This document shows positions 49,189 to 58,321 of a DNA stretch of 64,000 nt, in pieces. Positions within the stretch are counted from its first letter, which is position 1. Each line of letters begins with the position of its first letter. Source of the stretch: Chitinophagaceae bacterium UBA4857 (GTDB lineage: Bacteria > Bacteroidota > Bacteroidia > Chitinophagales > Chitinophagaceae); NCBI GenBank assembly GCA_002399735.1, contig DHEF01000053.1, positions 24,828-88,827 of the forward strand, read 5' to 3'. Both the position numbers and the translations under genes were made by a program. A model generated the notes under the pieces. The model had not been told where the DNA came from. It saw only the letters and a program-made list of their open reading frames with translations, and ran no database searches.

Positions 49189-49198
49189 CAAAAATCAT
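49185..49198. promoter_or_regulatory. Second FNR-like box overlapping the ccoI stop, upstream of ccoS-ccoNO
   Basis: ATGAC-AAAA-ATCAT. Confidence 0.55.
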
Positions 49199-49257
49199 AT
49201 TAAGGTATGACGCAGGGTAATCTTACTTAACAAAACTTAAACAAATTTTGTCCTTCC

Positions 49258-49422
49258 ATGAGCATAATAATTATAACCGCATTAGTAAGCCTTTTTATAG
49301 CCATTTTTTTCCTGGGAGGATTGATTTGGAGTGTAAAAGACGGCCAGTACGAGGACGATTATTCTCCGGCTAACAGAATATTATTTGATAACGAAACAAG
49401 CACCAAAACCAGTAAAAAATAA
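49258..49422 (+). CDS. ccoS: cbb3-type oxidase maturation protein
   Basis: Not in the ORF track; my translation MSIIIITALVSLFIAIFFLGGLIWSVKDGQYEDDYSPANRILFDNETSTKTSKK carries the W...GQY.D...RIL.D signature. Confidence 0.9.
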   Translation: MSIIIITALVSLFIAIFFLGGLIWSVKDGQYEDDYSPANRILFDNETSTKTSKK

Positions 49423-49430
49423 AGTAAGGT

Positions 49431-51545
49431 ATGGAATTACAAAAGTTTTCTTACGACAACAAATTGCCTAAGTTGTTTGCTATTGCCACCATTATTTGGG
49501 GGGCAGTAGGTATGTTAGTAGGGGTGCTGGCTGCATTTCAGCTGGCGTTTCCGGCATTAAATTTTAGTTCGGAGTTTACCACTTTTGGTAGAACAAGACC
49601 TGTACACACCAATGCAGTGATTTTTGCATTTGTGGGTAATGGTATTTTCACCGCTGTATATTATTCTTTGCCCAGATTACTAAAAACACCCATGTGGAGT
49701 CCTAAGTTGGGCAAAATACATTTCTGGGGTTGGCAGTTAATCATCGTATCGGCAGCCATTACTTTATTGGCGGGTTTTACTTCCGGTAAAGAATATGCCG
49801 AACTGGAGTGGCCCATTGATATTGCTATTACTTTAGTGTGGGTTGTATTTGGCATAAATATGTTTGGTACTATACTTACCCGCCGCGAAAGACATTTATA
49901 TGTTGCTATCTGGTTCTTTATTGGTTCGTGGGTTACTGTGGCCATGTTACATATTGTAAACTCTTTTGCTATACCTATTTCATTTATGAAAAGTTATTCA
50001 TGGTATGCTGGGGTGCAGGATGCGCTGGTACAATGGTGGTATGGTCATAATGCGGTGGCATTCTTCCTTACTACACCTTATTTGGGTTTAATGTATTATT
50101 TCTTACCTAAGGCGGCAAACCGTCCTATTTACTCATATAGGTTGAGTATTGTTCACTTCTGGAGTTTGATCTTCATTTATATATGGGCAGGCCCGCATCA
50201 CTTGTTATATACTGCGCTGCCCGAGTGGGCACAGTCTTTAGGTGTTGCTTTATCCGTTATGTTATTACTCCCCAGTTGGGGCGGTATGATGAATGGGTTA
50301 TTTACCCTACGCGGTGCCTGGGATAAAGTACGTGAAGATCCTGTTTTAAAATTTTTCGTAGTAGCCATAATCTGTTATGGTATGGCCACTTTTGAAGGCC
50401 CGATGCTTTCTTTAAAAAATGTAAATGCTATTTCTCACTATAGTGACTGGACTGTAGCACACGTTCACGTTGGTGCCTTGGGTTGGAACGGCTTTTTAAC
50501 TTTTGGTATGTTATACTGGTTGTTCCCTCGTTTTTATAACACCAAATTGTATTCAACCAAACTGGCAAGTACACACTTTTTAATAGGTACATTGGGTATA
50601 GTGTTGTATGCAGTTCCTATGTATTGGTCAGCTTTCCGTTCATATTTTATGATGAGTTCTTTTACTCCCGAAGGACAGTTGCAATACCAGTTTATGAATG
50701 TGGTTCAGGAAATAGTTCCGTTCTATATTCTTCGTGGCGTGGGTGGTTCGCTGTTTTTTATAGGTGTAATTATTATGATGTACAACCTGTACAAAACTGC
50801 TAAACAAGGTGAGTTTGTTGCTACTAATGATGCCGAAGCACCTGCATTGGCTAAAAATTATGTGGCTCCCCAAAAAGCATTCTGGCACTCGTTTATTGAA
50901 AGAAAACCTTTGCTATTGTTAAGTCTTAGTCTGGTAGTTGTGGCCATTGGTGGTTTAATAGAGATGGTGCCTACGTTCCTGATAAAAGAAAACGTACCAA
51001 CTATTGCCAGTGTTAAACCATACACACCTTTAGAGTTGCAAGGCCGTGATATTTATATTAAGGAAGGCTGTTATAACTGTCACTCACAAATGATACGACC
51101 TTTCCGTTACGAAGTGGAGCGTTATGGTGAATATTCCAAAGCAGGGGAGTTTGTATATGACCATCCTTTCCAATGGGGTAGTAAACGTACCGGTCCCGAT
51201 TTAGCTCGTATCGGTGGTAAGTATCCAGATAGCTGGCATTTTAATCACATGTTAGATCCTACATCCATGGCTGAAGGATCGGTAATGCCTCCTTATCCTT
51301 GGTTATTTAAAAAGAAAATTGATCTGGGTACTACCAATTCTAAAATTCACGCCATGCGCAAATTAGGTGTGCCATATCCGGAAGGTTATGAAGCAAAAGC
51401 GAATGATGACCTGAAAGCGCAGGCGGAGGGAATTGTGCAGAATTTGAAAAAGGAAAAAATTGAGATTAGCAGCGATAAGGAAATTATAGCACTGATTGCC
51501 TATTTGCAAAGAATGGGTAGAGATATTAAAGCAGAAAAGAAATAA
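49431..51545 (+). CDS. ccoNO: Fused cbb3-type cytochrome c oxidase subunits I/II
   Basis: RPVHTN, QWWYGHN, WAGPHH, HVHVG heme/CuB ligands; C-terminal EGCYNCH and WGSKRTGPDL. Confidence 0.96.
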   Translation: MELQKFSYDNKLPKLFAIATIIWGAVGMLVGVLAAFQLAFPALNFSSEFTTFGRTRPVHTNAVIFAFVGNGIFTAVYYSLPRLLKTPMWSPKLGKIHFWGWQLIIVSAAITLLAGFTSGKEYAELEWPIDIAITLVWVVFGINMFGTILTRRERHLYVAIWFFIGSWVTVAMLHIVNSFAIPISFMKSYSWYAGVQDALVQWWYGHNAVAFFLTTPYLGLMYYFLPKAANRPIYSYRLSIVHFWSLIFIYIWAGPHHLLYTALPEWAQSLGVALSVMLLLPSWGGMMNGLFTLRGAWDKVREDPVLKFFVVAIICYGMATFEGPMLSLKNVNAISHYSDWTVAHVHVGALGWNGFLTFGMLYWLFPRFYNTKLYSTKLASTHFLIGTLGIVLYAVPMYWSAFRSYFMMSSFTPEGQLQYQFMNVVQEIVPFYILRGVGGSLFFIGVIIMMYNLYKTAKQGEFVATNDAEAPALAKNYVAPQKAFWHSFIERKPLLLLSLSLVVVAIGGLIEMVPTFLIKENVPTIASVKPYTPLELQGRDIYIKEGCYNCHSQMIRPFRYEVERYGEYSKAGEFVYDHPFQWGSKRTGPDLARIGGKYPDSWHFNHMLDPTSMAEGSVMPPYPWLFKKKIDLGTTNSKIHAMRKLGVPYPEGYEAKANDDLKAQAEGIVQNLKKEKIEISSDKEIIALIAYLQRMGRDIKAEKK

Positions 51546-51570
51546 CCCTTACAACAAAAAAATATACGTT

Positions 51571-51732
51571 ATGAAATTTGTGAATTATCTGGAAAAAATA
51601 ACCGGTGTAAGTGTTTATCCCATGATATCGCTGCTATTATTCACCACCGTTTTTATACTGGTAGTAATATATGCTTTTAAAGCAAGCGATAAAACGATTA
51701 AGAATATGGAAAACCTGCCTTTAGATCAATAA
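51571..51732 (+). CDS. ccoQ: cbb3 oxidase small subunit CcoQ-like
   Basis: MKFVNYLEKITGVSVYPMISLLLF...MENLPLD, one TM, between ccoO and ccoP. Confidence 0.82.
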   Translation: MKFVNYLEKITGVSVYPMISLLLFTTVFILVVIYAFKASDKTIKNMENLPLDQ

Positions 51733-51751
51733 AAATAACAACCAACTAACA

Positions 51752-51798
51752 GGCAAAGCCGGACAGTAAAACAACTGTTTAATGTTCCCGGCTTTGCC
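51752..51798 (+). other. Intra-operon stem-loop between ccoQ and ccoP
   Basis: GGCAAAGCCGG-N25-CCGGCTTTGCC, perfect 11-bp stem with no U tail. Confidence 0.6.
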
Positions 51799-51831
51799 AA
51801 CACCATCAACTATAAAAGCAATAAAATAAAG

Positions 51832-52998
51832 ATGAAAAAGTTTGCTTCATATTTTTTAAAACCTGCCGGTGTATTGGCACTGCTAATTTTTATGATGGCT
51901 ACTGCAAATGCGCAGGCAGTTACACAAGCAGAGCCGGGCTTTACACTGAATGTAAATACCGTATTGGCATTTGTTGTGATACTGTTGTTTGTATTGATAG
52001 CTGTGTTGGGCTTAACGGTACGTTCCTCCATGGATATTCATCGTAAAAGAAAGGCGGCTGAAAAAGCAACAAATGATGGCGGTGTAAAAACATTATTGAT
52101 GATATTGTTTTTCTCTATGCTTTCTATTACTGTTTTTGCACAGGAAGTTCCTGAAGTTGCTACATCTGCAAAAGTTGATTTAAGCGAAAATACTATCCTG
52201 CGTAACCTGCTGTTATTTATTATAGTATTAGAAGTAATTACTATCCTGTTTTTTGTAAAATGGATAACCTTCTTTACCGGAATAGATGAGTTGCGTCGCA
52301 GTAAAGGGAAAAAGGGATTATTCAATATCGACTTTAAAAAATTCTGGATTAAAGCCAATAAACTTAAACCTATTGAAGAGGAAGACTCTTTAGATGTTGG
52401 ACATGAATATGATGGTATCAGAGAACTGGATAATGCTACGCCACCATGGTTTACCATTGCCTTCCTTGCTTCTATTGTATTTGGTATAGGTTATTTGTGG
52501 CGTTATCATGTTGCTGAATCTGCTCCTAACCAGATTAAGGAATATGAAATGGAAGTGGCTGCGGCAAAAGTGAAGATAGCCGAGCACATGAAAAACCAGA
52601 AAGACCTGGTAGATGAAAATACGGTTACCATGATGGCCGGAGCTGATATTGATAACGGTAAAGTATTATATGCTAATAACTGTGCAGTTTGTCATGGTGC
52701 AGCAGGTGAAGGTAAAGTAGGCCCCAACTTAACCGACGAGTATTGGTTACATGGCGGTGATATAAAAGATGTTTTTAAAGTAATCAAGTTTGGTGCTATT
52801 GAAAAAGGTATGATGAGTTGGAAAGGTGTTTTCTCTGCTACCGAAATTGCCCAGATAAGTAGTTATATAAAAAGTATTGCCGGTACAAAACCTGCAGGTG
52901 CTAAAGAAGCACAAGGCGAATTGTATAAAGAGACGGCACCTGCTACCATTGCTGCTGATAGTAGTGCGGCAAAACCTCAGCCTGAGGTAAAAAAGTAA
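51832..52998 (+). CDS. ccoP: cbb3 oxidase subunit III, monoheme, with a long N-terminal membrane extension
   Basis: GHEYDGIRELDN..PPW FixP N-terminal motif, single NCAVCH, VGPNLTD.YW.HGG. Confidence 0.93.
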   Translation: MKKFASYFLKPAGVLALLIFMMATANAQAVTQAEPGFTLNVNTVLAFVVILLFVLIAVLGLTVRSSMDIHRKRKAAEKATNDGGVKTLLMILFFSMLSITVFAQEVPEVATSAKVDLSENTILRNLLLFIIVLEVITILFFVKWITFFTGIDELRRSKGKKGLFNIDFKKFWIKANKLKPIEEEDSLDVGHEYDGIRELDNATPPWFTIAFLASIVFGIGYLWRYHVAESAPNQIKEYEMEVAAAKVKIAEHMKNQKDLVDENTVTMMAGADIDNGKVLYANNCAVCHGAAGEGKVGPNLTDEYWLHGGDIKDVFKVIKFGAIEKGMMSWKGVFSATEIAQISSYIKSIAGTKPAGAKEAQGELYKETAPATIAADSSAAKPQPEVKK

Positions 52999-53005
52999 TT
53001 TGATA

Positions 53006-54421
53006 ATGAGTATGAAAGAAACAATTGGCCCGGATAAAGTTGGTGATAGTTTTAGAGACAGGCACAGCAATACCTCTGCTAAAGGAAAACGTAATTGGGT
53101 GTATGCGTTAAAGCCTAATGGCAAATTGTATAACTATCGCAAATATTTATCCTGGTTTTACTTTCTTTTATTTTTTGCCTTACCACTGATTAAAGTAAAC
53201 AATATGCCTTTGGTGATGTTCAACTTCACCGAAGGCAAGTTTATTTTATTCAGTAAAATATTCTGGCCAAACGACTTTTTCATTTTTGCGGTGGGTATGG
53301 TGGCGCTGATTATTTTTATAGCCCTGTTCACTGTTATTTACGGTCGCGTGTTTTGTGGGTGGGTTTGTCCGCAAACGGTATTTTTAGAGTTTTTATTCCG
53401 CCCGATTGAATGGGCTATAGAAGGCTCTCCCGCCAAACAAAAAAAACTGAACAACGGCCCATGGACTACCGATAAAATTTTAAAAAAGAGCTTAAAACAT
53501 TTTATCTATTTCATTATATCGTTTCTTATTTCGCATACTTTTTTATCCTACATATTGGGTATTGATGAAGTAATTAAAATAATCAGAGAACCACTGGCCG
53601 ATCATTTACCTATGTTTTTTGGTCTGTTGTTTTTTACGGGTTTATTTTATTTAGTGTTTGCATTTGTAAGGGATATTGTTTGTACTACTATTTGTCCCTA
53701 TGGCCGTTTGCAAGGTGTATTGTTTGATAAAGATACCATGCAGGTTTCCTATGATTACAGCAGGGGCGAGCCTCGCGGTAAGATGATGAAAAATAAGCAA
53801 CAGGATTTTGGTGATTGTATTGACTGTAAATTATGCGTACAGGTTTGCCCAACGGGTATTGATATACGTAATGGTGTACAAATGGAATGTGTGGGTTGTA
53901 CTGCTTGTATAGATGCGTGTAACGATGTGATGGAAAAAATTAAACGTCCGTTGGGGTTAATTCGGCTGGCATCGGAAAATGAAATAGCACTTAAAAAGAA
54001 ATTCAGGTTTAATGGTAAGGTTAAAGCATACACAGGCATCTTAATTGTGCTAACCGTTTTAATGATATTTTTAACCATTACCCGAAAAAGCATTGATGTT
54101 TCTATGTATCGGGTTAAGGGGCAGTTATACCAGGAAATTGGAACAGATAGTTTGGGCAATTTATTTGAAGCCAAGTTTATTAATAAAACCCGTGACAACC
54201 TGCCGTTTGAATTAAAGCTGGAAGGTATAGCCGGACAAATCAGAATGATTAATGCACATAAAATGATTCTGGAAGCTGAGTCATTAAGCGATGCTTCGTT
54301 TTTTGTAGATATACCCCGTAGTGAAATAAAAGACCGCACAACCATTATTCAGGTAGGCGTATATAGCAATGGTAAAAAAATACAAACAGTAAAGGCTAAA
54401 TTTTTAGGGCCATTTATTTAG
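53006..54421 (+). CDS. ccoG: cbb3 accessory ferredoxin-like protein
   Basis: CGWVCPQT, CPYGRLQ, CIDCKLCVQVCPTGIDIR, ECVGCTACIDAC. Confidence 0.94.
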   Translation: MSMKETIGPDKVGDSFRDRHSNTSAKGKRNWVYALKPNGKLYNYRKYLSWFYFLLFFALPLIKVNNMPLVMFNFTEGKFILFSKIFWPNDFFIFAVGMVALIIFIALFTVIYGRVFCGWVCPQTVFLEFLFRPIEWAIEGSPAKQKKLNNGPWTTDKILKKSLKHFIYFIISFLISHTFLSYILGIDEVIKIIREPLADHLPMFFGLLFFTGLFYLVFAFVRDIVCTTICPYGRLQGVLFDKDTMQVSYDYSRGEPRGKMMKNKQQDFGDCIDCKLCVQVCPTGIDIRNGVQMECVGCTACIDACNDVMEKIKRPLGLIRLASENEIALKKKFRFNGKVKAYTGILIVLTVLMIFLTITRKSIDVSMYRVKGQLYQEIGTDSLGNLFEAKFINKTRDNLPFELKLEGIAGQIRMINAHKMILEAESLSDASFFVDIPRSEIKDRTTIIQVGVYSNGKKIQTVKAKFLGPFI

Positions 54422-54443
54422 TTCAATATTTTAATTTAAAAAT

Positions 54444-54881
54444 ATGAGTTGGAAATATATTATTATACTGGTGTTAACAGCATTTGTAGCCGGTGTTGTT
54501 TTTATGGTCATTACAGCCTCTAAACAAACCATCGATATGGTTGATGCTAATTATTACGAGAAAGAATTAAAGTATCAAGGAGTCATTGATGCCCAGGAAA
54601 AACTATTGGCAGTTGGCGATTCAATATTGGTTAAAGATTCTGCTGATTTAGTAATGGTGCATATTCCTGTAGAAGCAACCGGCAATATATCAGAAGGGTA
54701 TTTAGAGTTTTTGCGTAACTCCGATAAATCAATGGATACTACTTTTCCTATTCGTGTAAACTTACAAGGGGTACAGTATATACAAAAGCAAGCTTTTGCA
54801 AAAGGCCATTATAAATTACGTGCAAAATGGATTAACAGCGGCAGTACTTATTACGACGAAAGAAATGTTTTCTTTCAGTAA
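54444..54881 (+). CDS. ccoH: FixH/CcoH family protein
   Basis: N-terminal TM, D.V...YYEKELKYQ; position in the cluster. Confidence 0.82.
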   Translation: MSWKYIIILVLTAFVAGVVFMVITASKQTIDMVDANYYEKELKYQGVIDAQEKLLAVGDSILVKDSADLVMVHIPVEATGNISEGYLEFLRNSDKSMDTTFPIRVNLQGVQYIQKQAFAKGHYKLRAKWINSGSTYYDERNVFFQ

Positions 54882-54893
54882 AACTGTTTTACC

Positions 54894-55634
54894 ATGCAGG
54901 CATTTTTTTTAACAGGTTTAACCATCGGCATTATAGGTAGTTTTCACTGCGTTGGCATGTGTGGCCCTTTGGCTTTGTCGTTGCCTGTAAATAAAGCCGG
55001 TAGCGGGTTTAAACAAATTGCGGCTATTATGGCTTACAACCTTGGCCGTGTAACTACCTATTTTAGTTTGGGTGTATTGTTTGGTGCCATTGGTAAATCA
55101 TTCGCCTTGGTTGGTTTCCAACAAGCCCTATCTATTGCTACCGGTGTTATATTGTTATTGGTTTTATTGTTGGGTAATAAATTGCAAACAAAAATTCCCA
55201 TTGTTGCAAGGTTTCATCAGTGGATAAAGCAAACACTTTTTGCGCTGCTAAAAAAACCACAGAACACCGGCGTATTTTTCTTAACCGGTGTTATTAATGG
55301 CTTATTGCCTTGCGGTTTAGTGTACCTGGCTATTGCGTCGGCCGTAACCACCGGTAGTGCGTTAAATGGAGGCATTGTAATGGCCGCATTTGGCTTGGGT
55401 ACCATTCCCTTAATGGCCATACTAATGGTAATGGGCACATTTATCTCTCTTACCTTTCGCTCAAAAGTTAAGCGTGTAATTCCTTATTTTGTTGGTCTGG
55501 TTGCCTGTGTTTTAATATTGCGTGGTCTTAATTTAGGCATACCTTATGTTAGCCCTGTAATGCCAGGCACTACTAAGGTTGATGTAATTAGCTGTCATCC
55601 TGATAGCATCATTATAAGCACTATCCGACATTAA
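54894..55634 (+). CDS. DsbD_2 / TauE-SafE-like membrane protein of cbb3 clusters
   Basis: GSFHCVGMCGP, YNLGR, LLPCGLVY, FGLGTIP. Confidence 0.88.
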   Translation: MQAFFLTGLTIGIIGSFHCVGMCGPLALSLPVNKAGSGFKQIAAIMAYNLGRVTTYFSLGVLFGAIGKSFALVGFQQALSIATGVILLLVLLLGNKLQTKIPIVARFHQWIKQTLFALLKKPQNTGVFFLTGVINGLLPCGLVYLAIASAVTTGSALNGGIVMAAFGLGTIPLMAILMVMGTFISLTFRSKVKRVIPYFVGLVACVLILRGLNLGIPYVSPVMPGTTKVDVISCHPDSIIISTIRH

Positions 55635-55639
55635 TTTTT

Positions 55640-56158
55640 TTGTGTTACCAGCTTCAGTAATACTAATCATAGTCCCTTGCGTCGCACTCTTCAACAGTAT
55701 TAATTCTAATCATCATCTTGTTATGCGAAGAGTAGCACAGAGTTTTTTCACAGAGGTACACAGAGGAGAACAGGATTTTGTTAAATGTACTAAAACGATT
55801 ACGAGCTTACTGTTGAATGATAAGATAGGAACAATTGTTTTGCTATTGCACATTGCTGAATAGAATTACCGAAAGCACAAGTGAGTGACACAACAAAAAA
55901 CAATTAAACAATTAGTTAATTTGAAAATTTGGAAATGAGGGTTTCCAATAGAATAGGAAACTCACTTAAAGCCCAATAGAATTACTGAACGTTGAAGAGT
56001 GCGACGCAAGGAACGATGACAGTAGTAATGCCGCTGACAAAACAAAAAAGTAAAAAATAAAAACGCTACATTCAACTTGTATAAGCTGTGTTTAACAGGA
56101 ATACAAAGCCCCTCCTTCGGAGGTTCACGTTAGGGAAGTAACGAAGTTAGGGGGAGGC
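55640..56158. repeat. Cluster of three dispersed repeat copies, a cacagag tract and a cccctcc...ggagg hairpin between convergent operons
   Basis: Cores at 55677-55692 (+), 55878-55893 (-) and 55994-56009 (-); ctaatcatcatc.tgttatgc...cacagag at 55696-55765 is shared with 60744-60804. Confidence 0.88.
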
Positions 56159-56446
56159 CTATTTCACATGCAGATACTGCTGCAATGCCTTTACATATTG
56201 TTCAAAAGCTTTAATGCCTTGCGATGTAATTTTACAAGTAGTTAGCGGGTAGTTGTCTTTAAATTGTTTTTCAACAGTTATATAACCGGCGTCTTTTAAT
56301 TTTTGTATTTGCACACTAAGGTTACCGGCAGTGGATTTTGTTTTTTCTTTTATATAGGTAAATTCGGCCTCTTTTAATCCAATAAGAAGGCTCATCACGG
56401 CAAGGCGAAGCTGGGAGTGTAATATGGGGTCAAGATCTTTAAACAC
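56159..56446 (-). CDS. Small winged-helix transcriptional regulator (ArsR/MarR-like, HTH_34 type)
   Basis: FKDLDPILHSQLRLAVMSLL, GNLSVQIQKLKDAGYI, T..KIT..G..AF..Y. GTG start at 56446 overlaps the upstream stop. Confidence 0.88.
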   Translation of the reverse strand: MFKDLDPILHSQLRLAVMSLLIGLKEAEFTYIKEKTKSTAGNLSVQIQKLKDAGYITVEKQFKDNYPLTTCKITSQGIKAFEQYVKALQQYLHVK

Positions 56447-57044
56447 TACTATGTTGTTTGTATGCTTTATTGGCCATATGCCCTGGAATAATATAACCAA
56501 TTAATGCTGCTGCCGCTTGTATATACATAATCATTTCAACGCTGGTAACAAATAAACCTGCAAAGGCAAGGCCCCAGGTTATAAAGGCCGCTATAATGGA
56601 TGGTTTAAAATTACTGGCAGCACCATAAATTAACATCCAGAAAGCATATAGGTTTATAAGTAAGGCAAAACCAAATACAATACCTACACCTTTGTTAATA
56701 GCAATAATGATAAACGACAAACTTATAAAAAATCCAATGTTTAATAGCTTAAACAAGTCATTATAATATGTCTGTACATCGTTTTTCTTTTTTGAGTAAT
56801 ATTTTTTAATAACGCCGGCAATTAATAACAGAATTGAGCAAATGCCAAATGCGTTCCAAAAGGCAAATGTTTGAAACCATGAAAAGCGTATGTTTAGTAC
56901 AGTAAGTATGCTTACTGTAAAAAGCATCCAGCCCCAAATAATCCAACCCATGCCATTATCTTTCTGCTCTTGTTTGGCAGCGTTAATCATTCGTTGAATA
57001 ATGGAAAAACTTTCCTGTTCCGTCATTACTTGTTCGGGTTTCAT
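56439..57044 (-). CDS. Hypothetical multi-TM membrane protein (paralogue B)
   Basis: ESFSIIQRMINAAK..., WGW, C-terminal GYIIPGHM; six TM-like segments. Confidence 0.8.
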   Translation of the reverse strand: MKPEQVMTEQESFSIIQRMINAAKQEQKDNGMGWIIWGWMLFTVSILTVLNIRFSWFQTFAFWNAFGICSILLLIAGVIKKYYSKKKNDVQTYYNDLFKLLNIGFFISLSFIIIAINKGVGIVFGFALLINLYAFWMLIYGAASNFKPSIIAAFITWGLAFAGLFVTSVEMIMYIQAAAALIGYIIPGHMANKAYKQHSSV

Positions 57045-57631
57045 TTGTTTTCTTTTTTATATTTTGCTTGCAACATATAACCGGGAATAAGCCATGCTAC
57101 TATAATGGCAATTACTAATAATAATAAATGGTATTGTGCACTTATTAAACTGGCTACAATGGCTAATAACCAACATACAATACCACCTGCTTTTAATGGT
57201 ATAAATCGTAAAATAATACCGCTTAAAAAAACAGGCATACCATATAATGCCAGTATTTGCGGATATAAAAAATCCCAGTTGCCTTTTATGCTTGTTATAA
57301 TAATGGCTATTATTAGTAAAACACCAAAGGTTAACCAGATGTAACCATACAGTAAATCGGTATATGATTTTGTAGCACGGTTGGTTTTGTGTTTTAGTAT
57401 ATAAAAAAATTGGTAAACACCGGCTGCAGCGGTAAGCCACCAAACCTGGTAAGGTTTATCATACAAATTAAAATATGCTAAAACAAAATTTGCAGCGCTG
57501 CAAAAAAGAATAACCCAGCCCCAAAACAAATACAAGTGACCGTTTTCACTGTATTTGTTTCGGGCCTCTTTAATCATGCTATCAATTAATCGGAGACTTT
57601 CTTGTGGCGAAAAGCCGGTATTGTCTTGCAT
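57041..57631 (-). CDS. Hypothetical multi-TM membrane protein (paralogue A)
   Basis: ESLRLIDSMIKEAR..., WGW, C-terminal AWLIPGYM; ATGA overlap with paralogue B. Confidence 0.8.
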   Translation of the reverse strand: MQDNTGFSPQESLRLIDSMIKEARNKYSENGHLYLFWGWVILFCSAANFVLAYFNLYDKPYQVWWLTAAAGVYQFFYILKHKTNRATKSYTDLLYGYIWLTFGVLLIIAIIITSIKGNWDFLYPQILALYGMPVFLSGIILRFIPLKAGGIVCWLLAIVASLISAQYHLLLLVIAIIVAWLIPGYMLQAKYKKENK

Positions 57632-57654
57632 ATTATTACTGTTTTAGTATATGG

Positions 57655-58293
57655 TTACTGGCAATCTTTTACCACTTTTTCTGCACTCTCTTTACCCCAA
57701 GTAGGTGCAATAGTACTAGCAGCTTTAAATTTTTCGTACAGCTCTACCGCTTTTTGTGCAAGAGGTTTTGCTGTTGCGCAGCCACCGCCAAATTGCTCGG
57801 GAGTATTTTTTAAGCTGTTTGCTTCCAGCATATACGGACGCGGGTTTGTTGGGTCAGCTTTTTTTGCTGCAGCCAGATAGTTAGCTGATAATTCGCCATA
57901 TTCCTGCCAGCGACTCATAGGATCAACCATTAGCTTGGCCATGGCATTAAAACTTTTTATACAAAGTATTTCACTGTTGTCTTTACTAATGGCTTCTGCT
58001 TTCGCTATAAAAGCATCTGCCTCATTGGCTAATTTATCTTTATCGCCCTGGCCAGCCATACTCATTCTGGTTTTTACTAAAGCTGCATAATAGTAAGGCA
58101 ACCATTGTGTTTTTTCGGCATCGCCAATACGTTCAAATTTTGCTGCCAGTGCAGCTTCTTCTTCGGCTGTTTTAGCCTGTTCCATACCTTGCAAGGTAGC
58201 CGTCATTGTTTGCACATATTTTTCACTTTGCGCAACGGCCATCATGGCAATAGATAACATGAAAAGGGTAAATACAATTTTTAAAGATTTCAT
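57655..58293 (-). CDS. Hypothetical secreted alpha-helical (TPR-like) protein
   Basis: Signal peptide MKSLKIVFTLFMLSIAMMAVAQ from ATG 58293; WLPYYYAA, NPRPY, FGGG. Confidence 0.8.
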   Translation of the reverse strand: MKSLKIVFTLFMLSIAMMAVAQSEKYVQTMTATLQGMEQAKTAEEEAALAAKFERIGDAEKTQWLPYYYAALVKTRMSMAGQGDKDKLANEADAFIAKAEAISKDNSEILCIKSFNAMAKLMVDPMSRWQEYGELSANYLAAAKKADPTNPRPYMLEANSLKNTPEQFGGGCATAKPLAQKAVELYEKFKAASTIAPTWGKESAEKVVKDCQ

Positions 58294-58321
58294 TGTTGTT
58301 GTTTTATGGTTTAATAATATT

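Noticed and set aside
49431-51545. ccoN-ccoO fusion as a novelty
   Set aside because: The fusion is the usual arrangement in Bacteroidota cbb3 clusters.
55642-55863. 73-aa ORF after the cbb3 cluster
   Set aside because: Composed of repeat modules (core plus cacagag tract); no coding signature.
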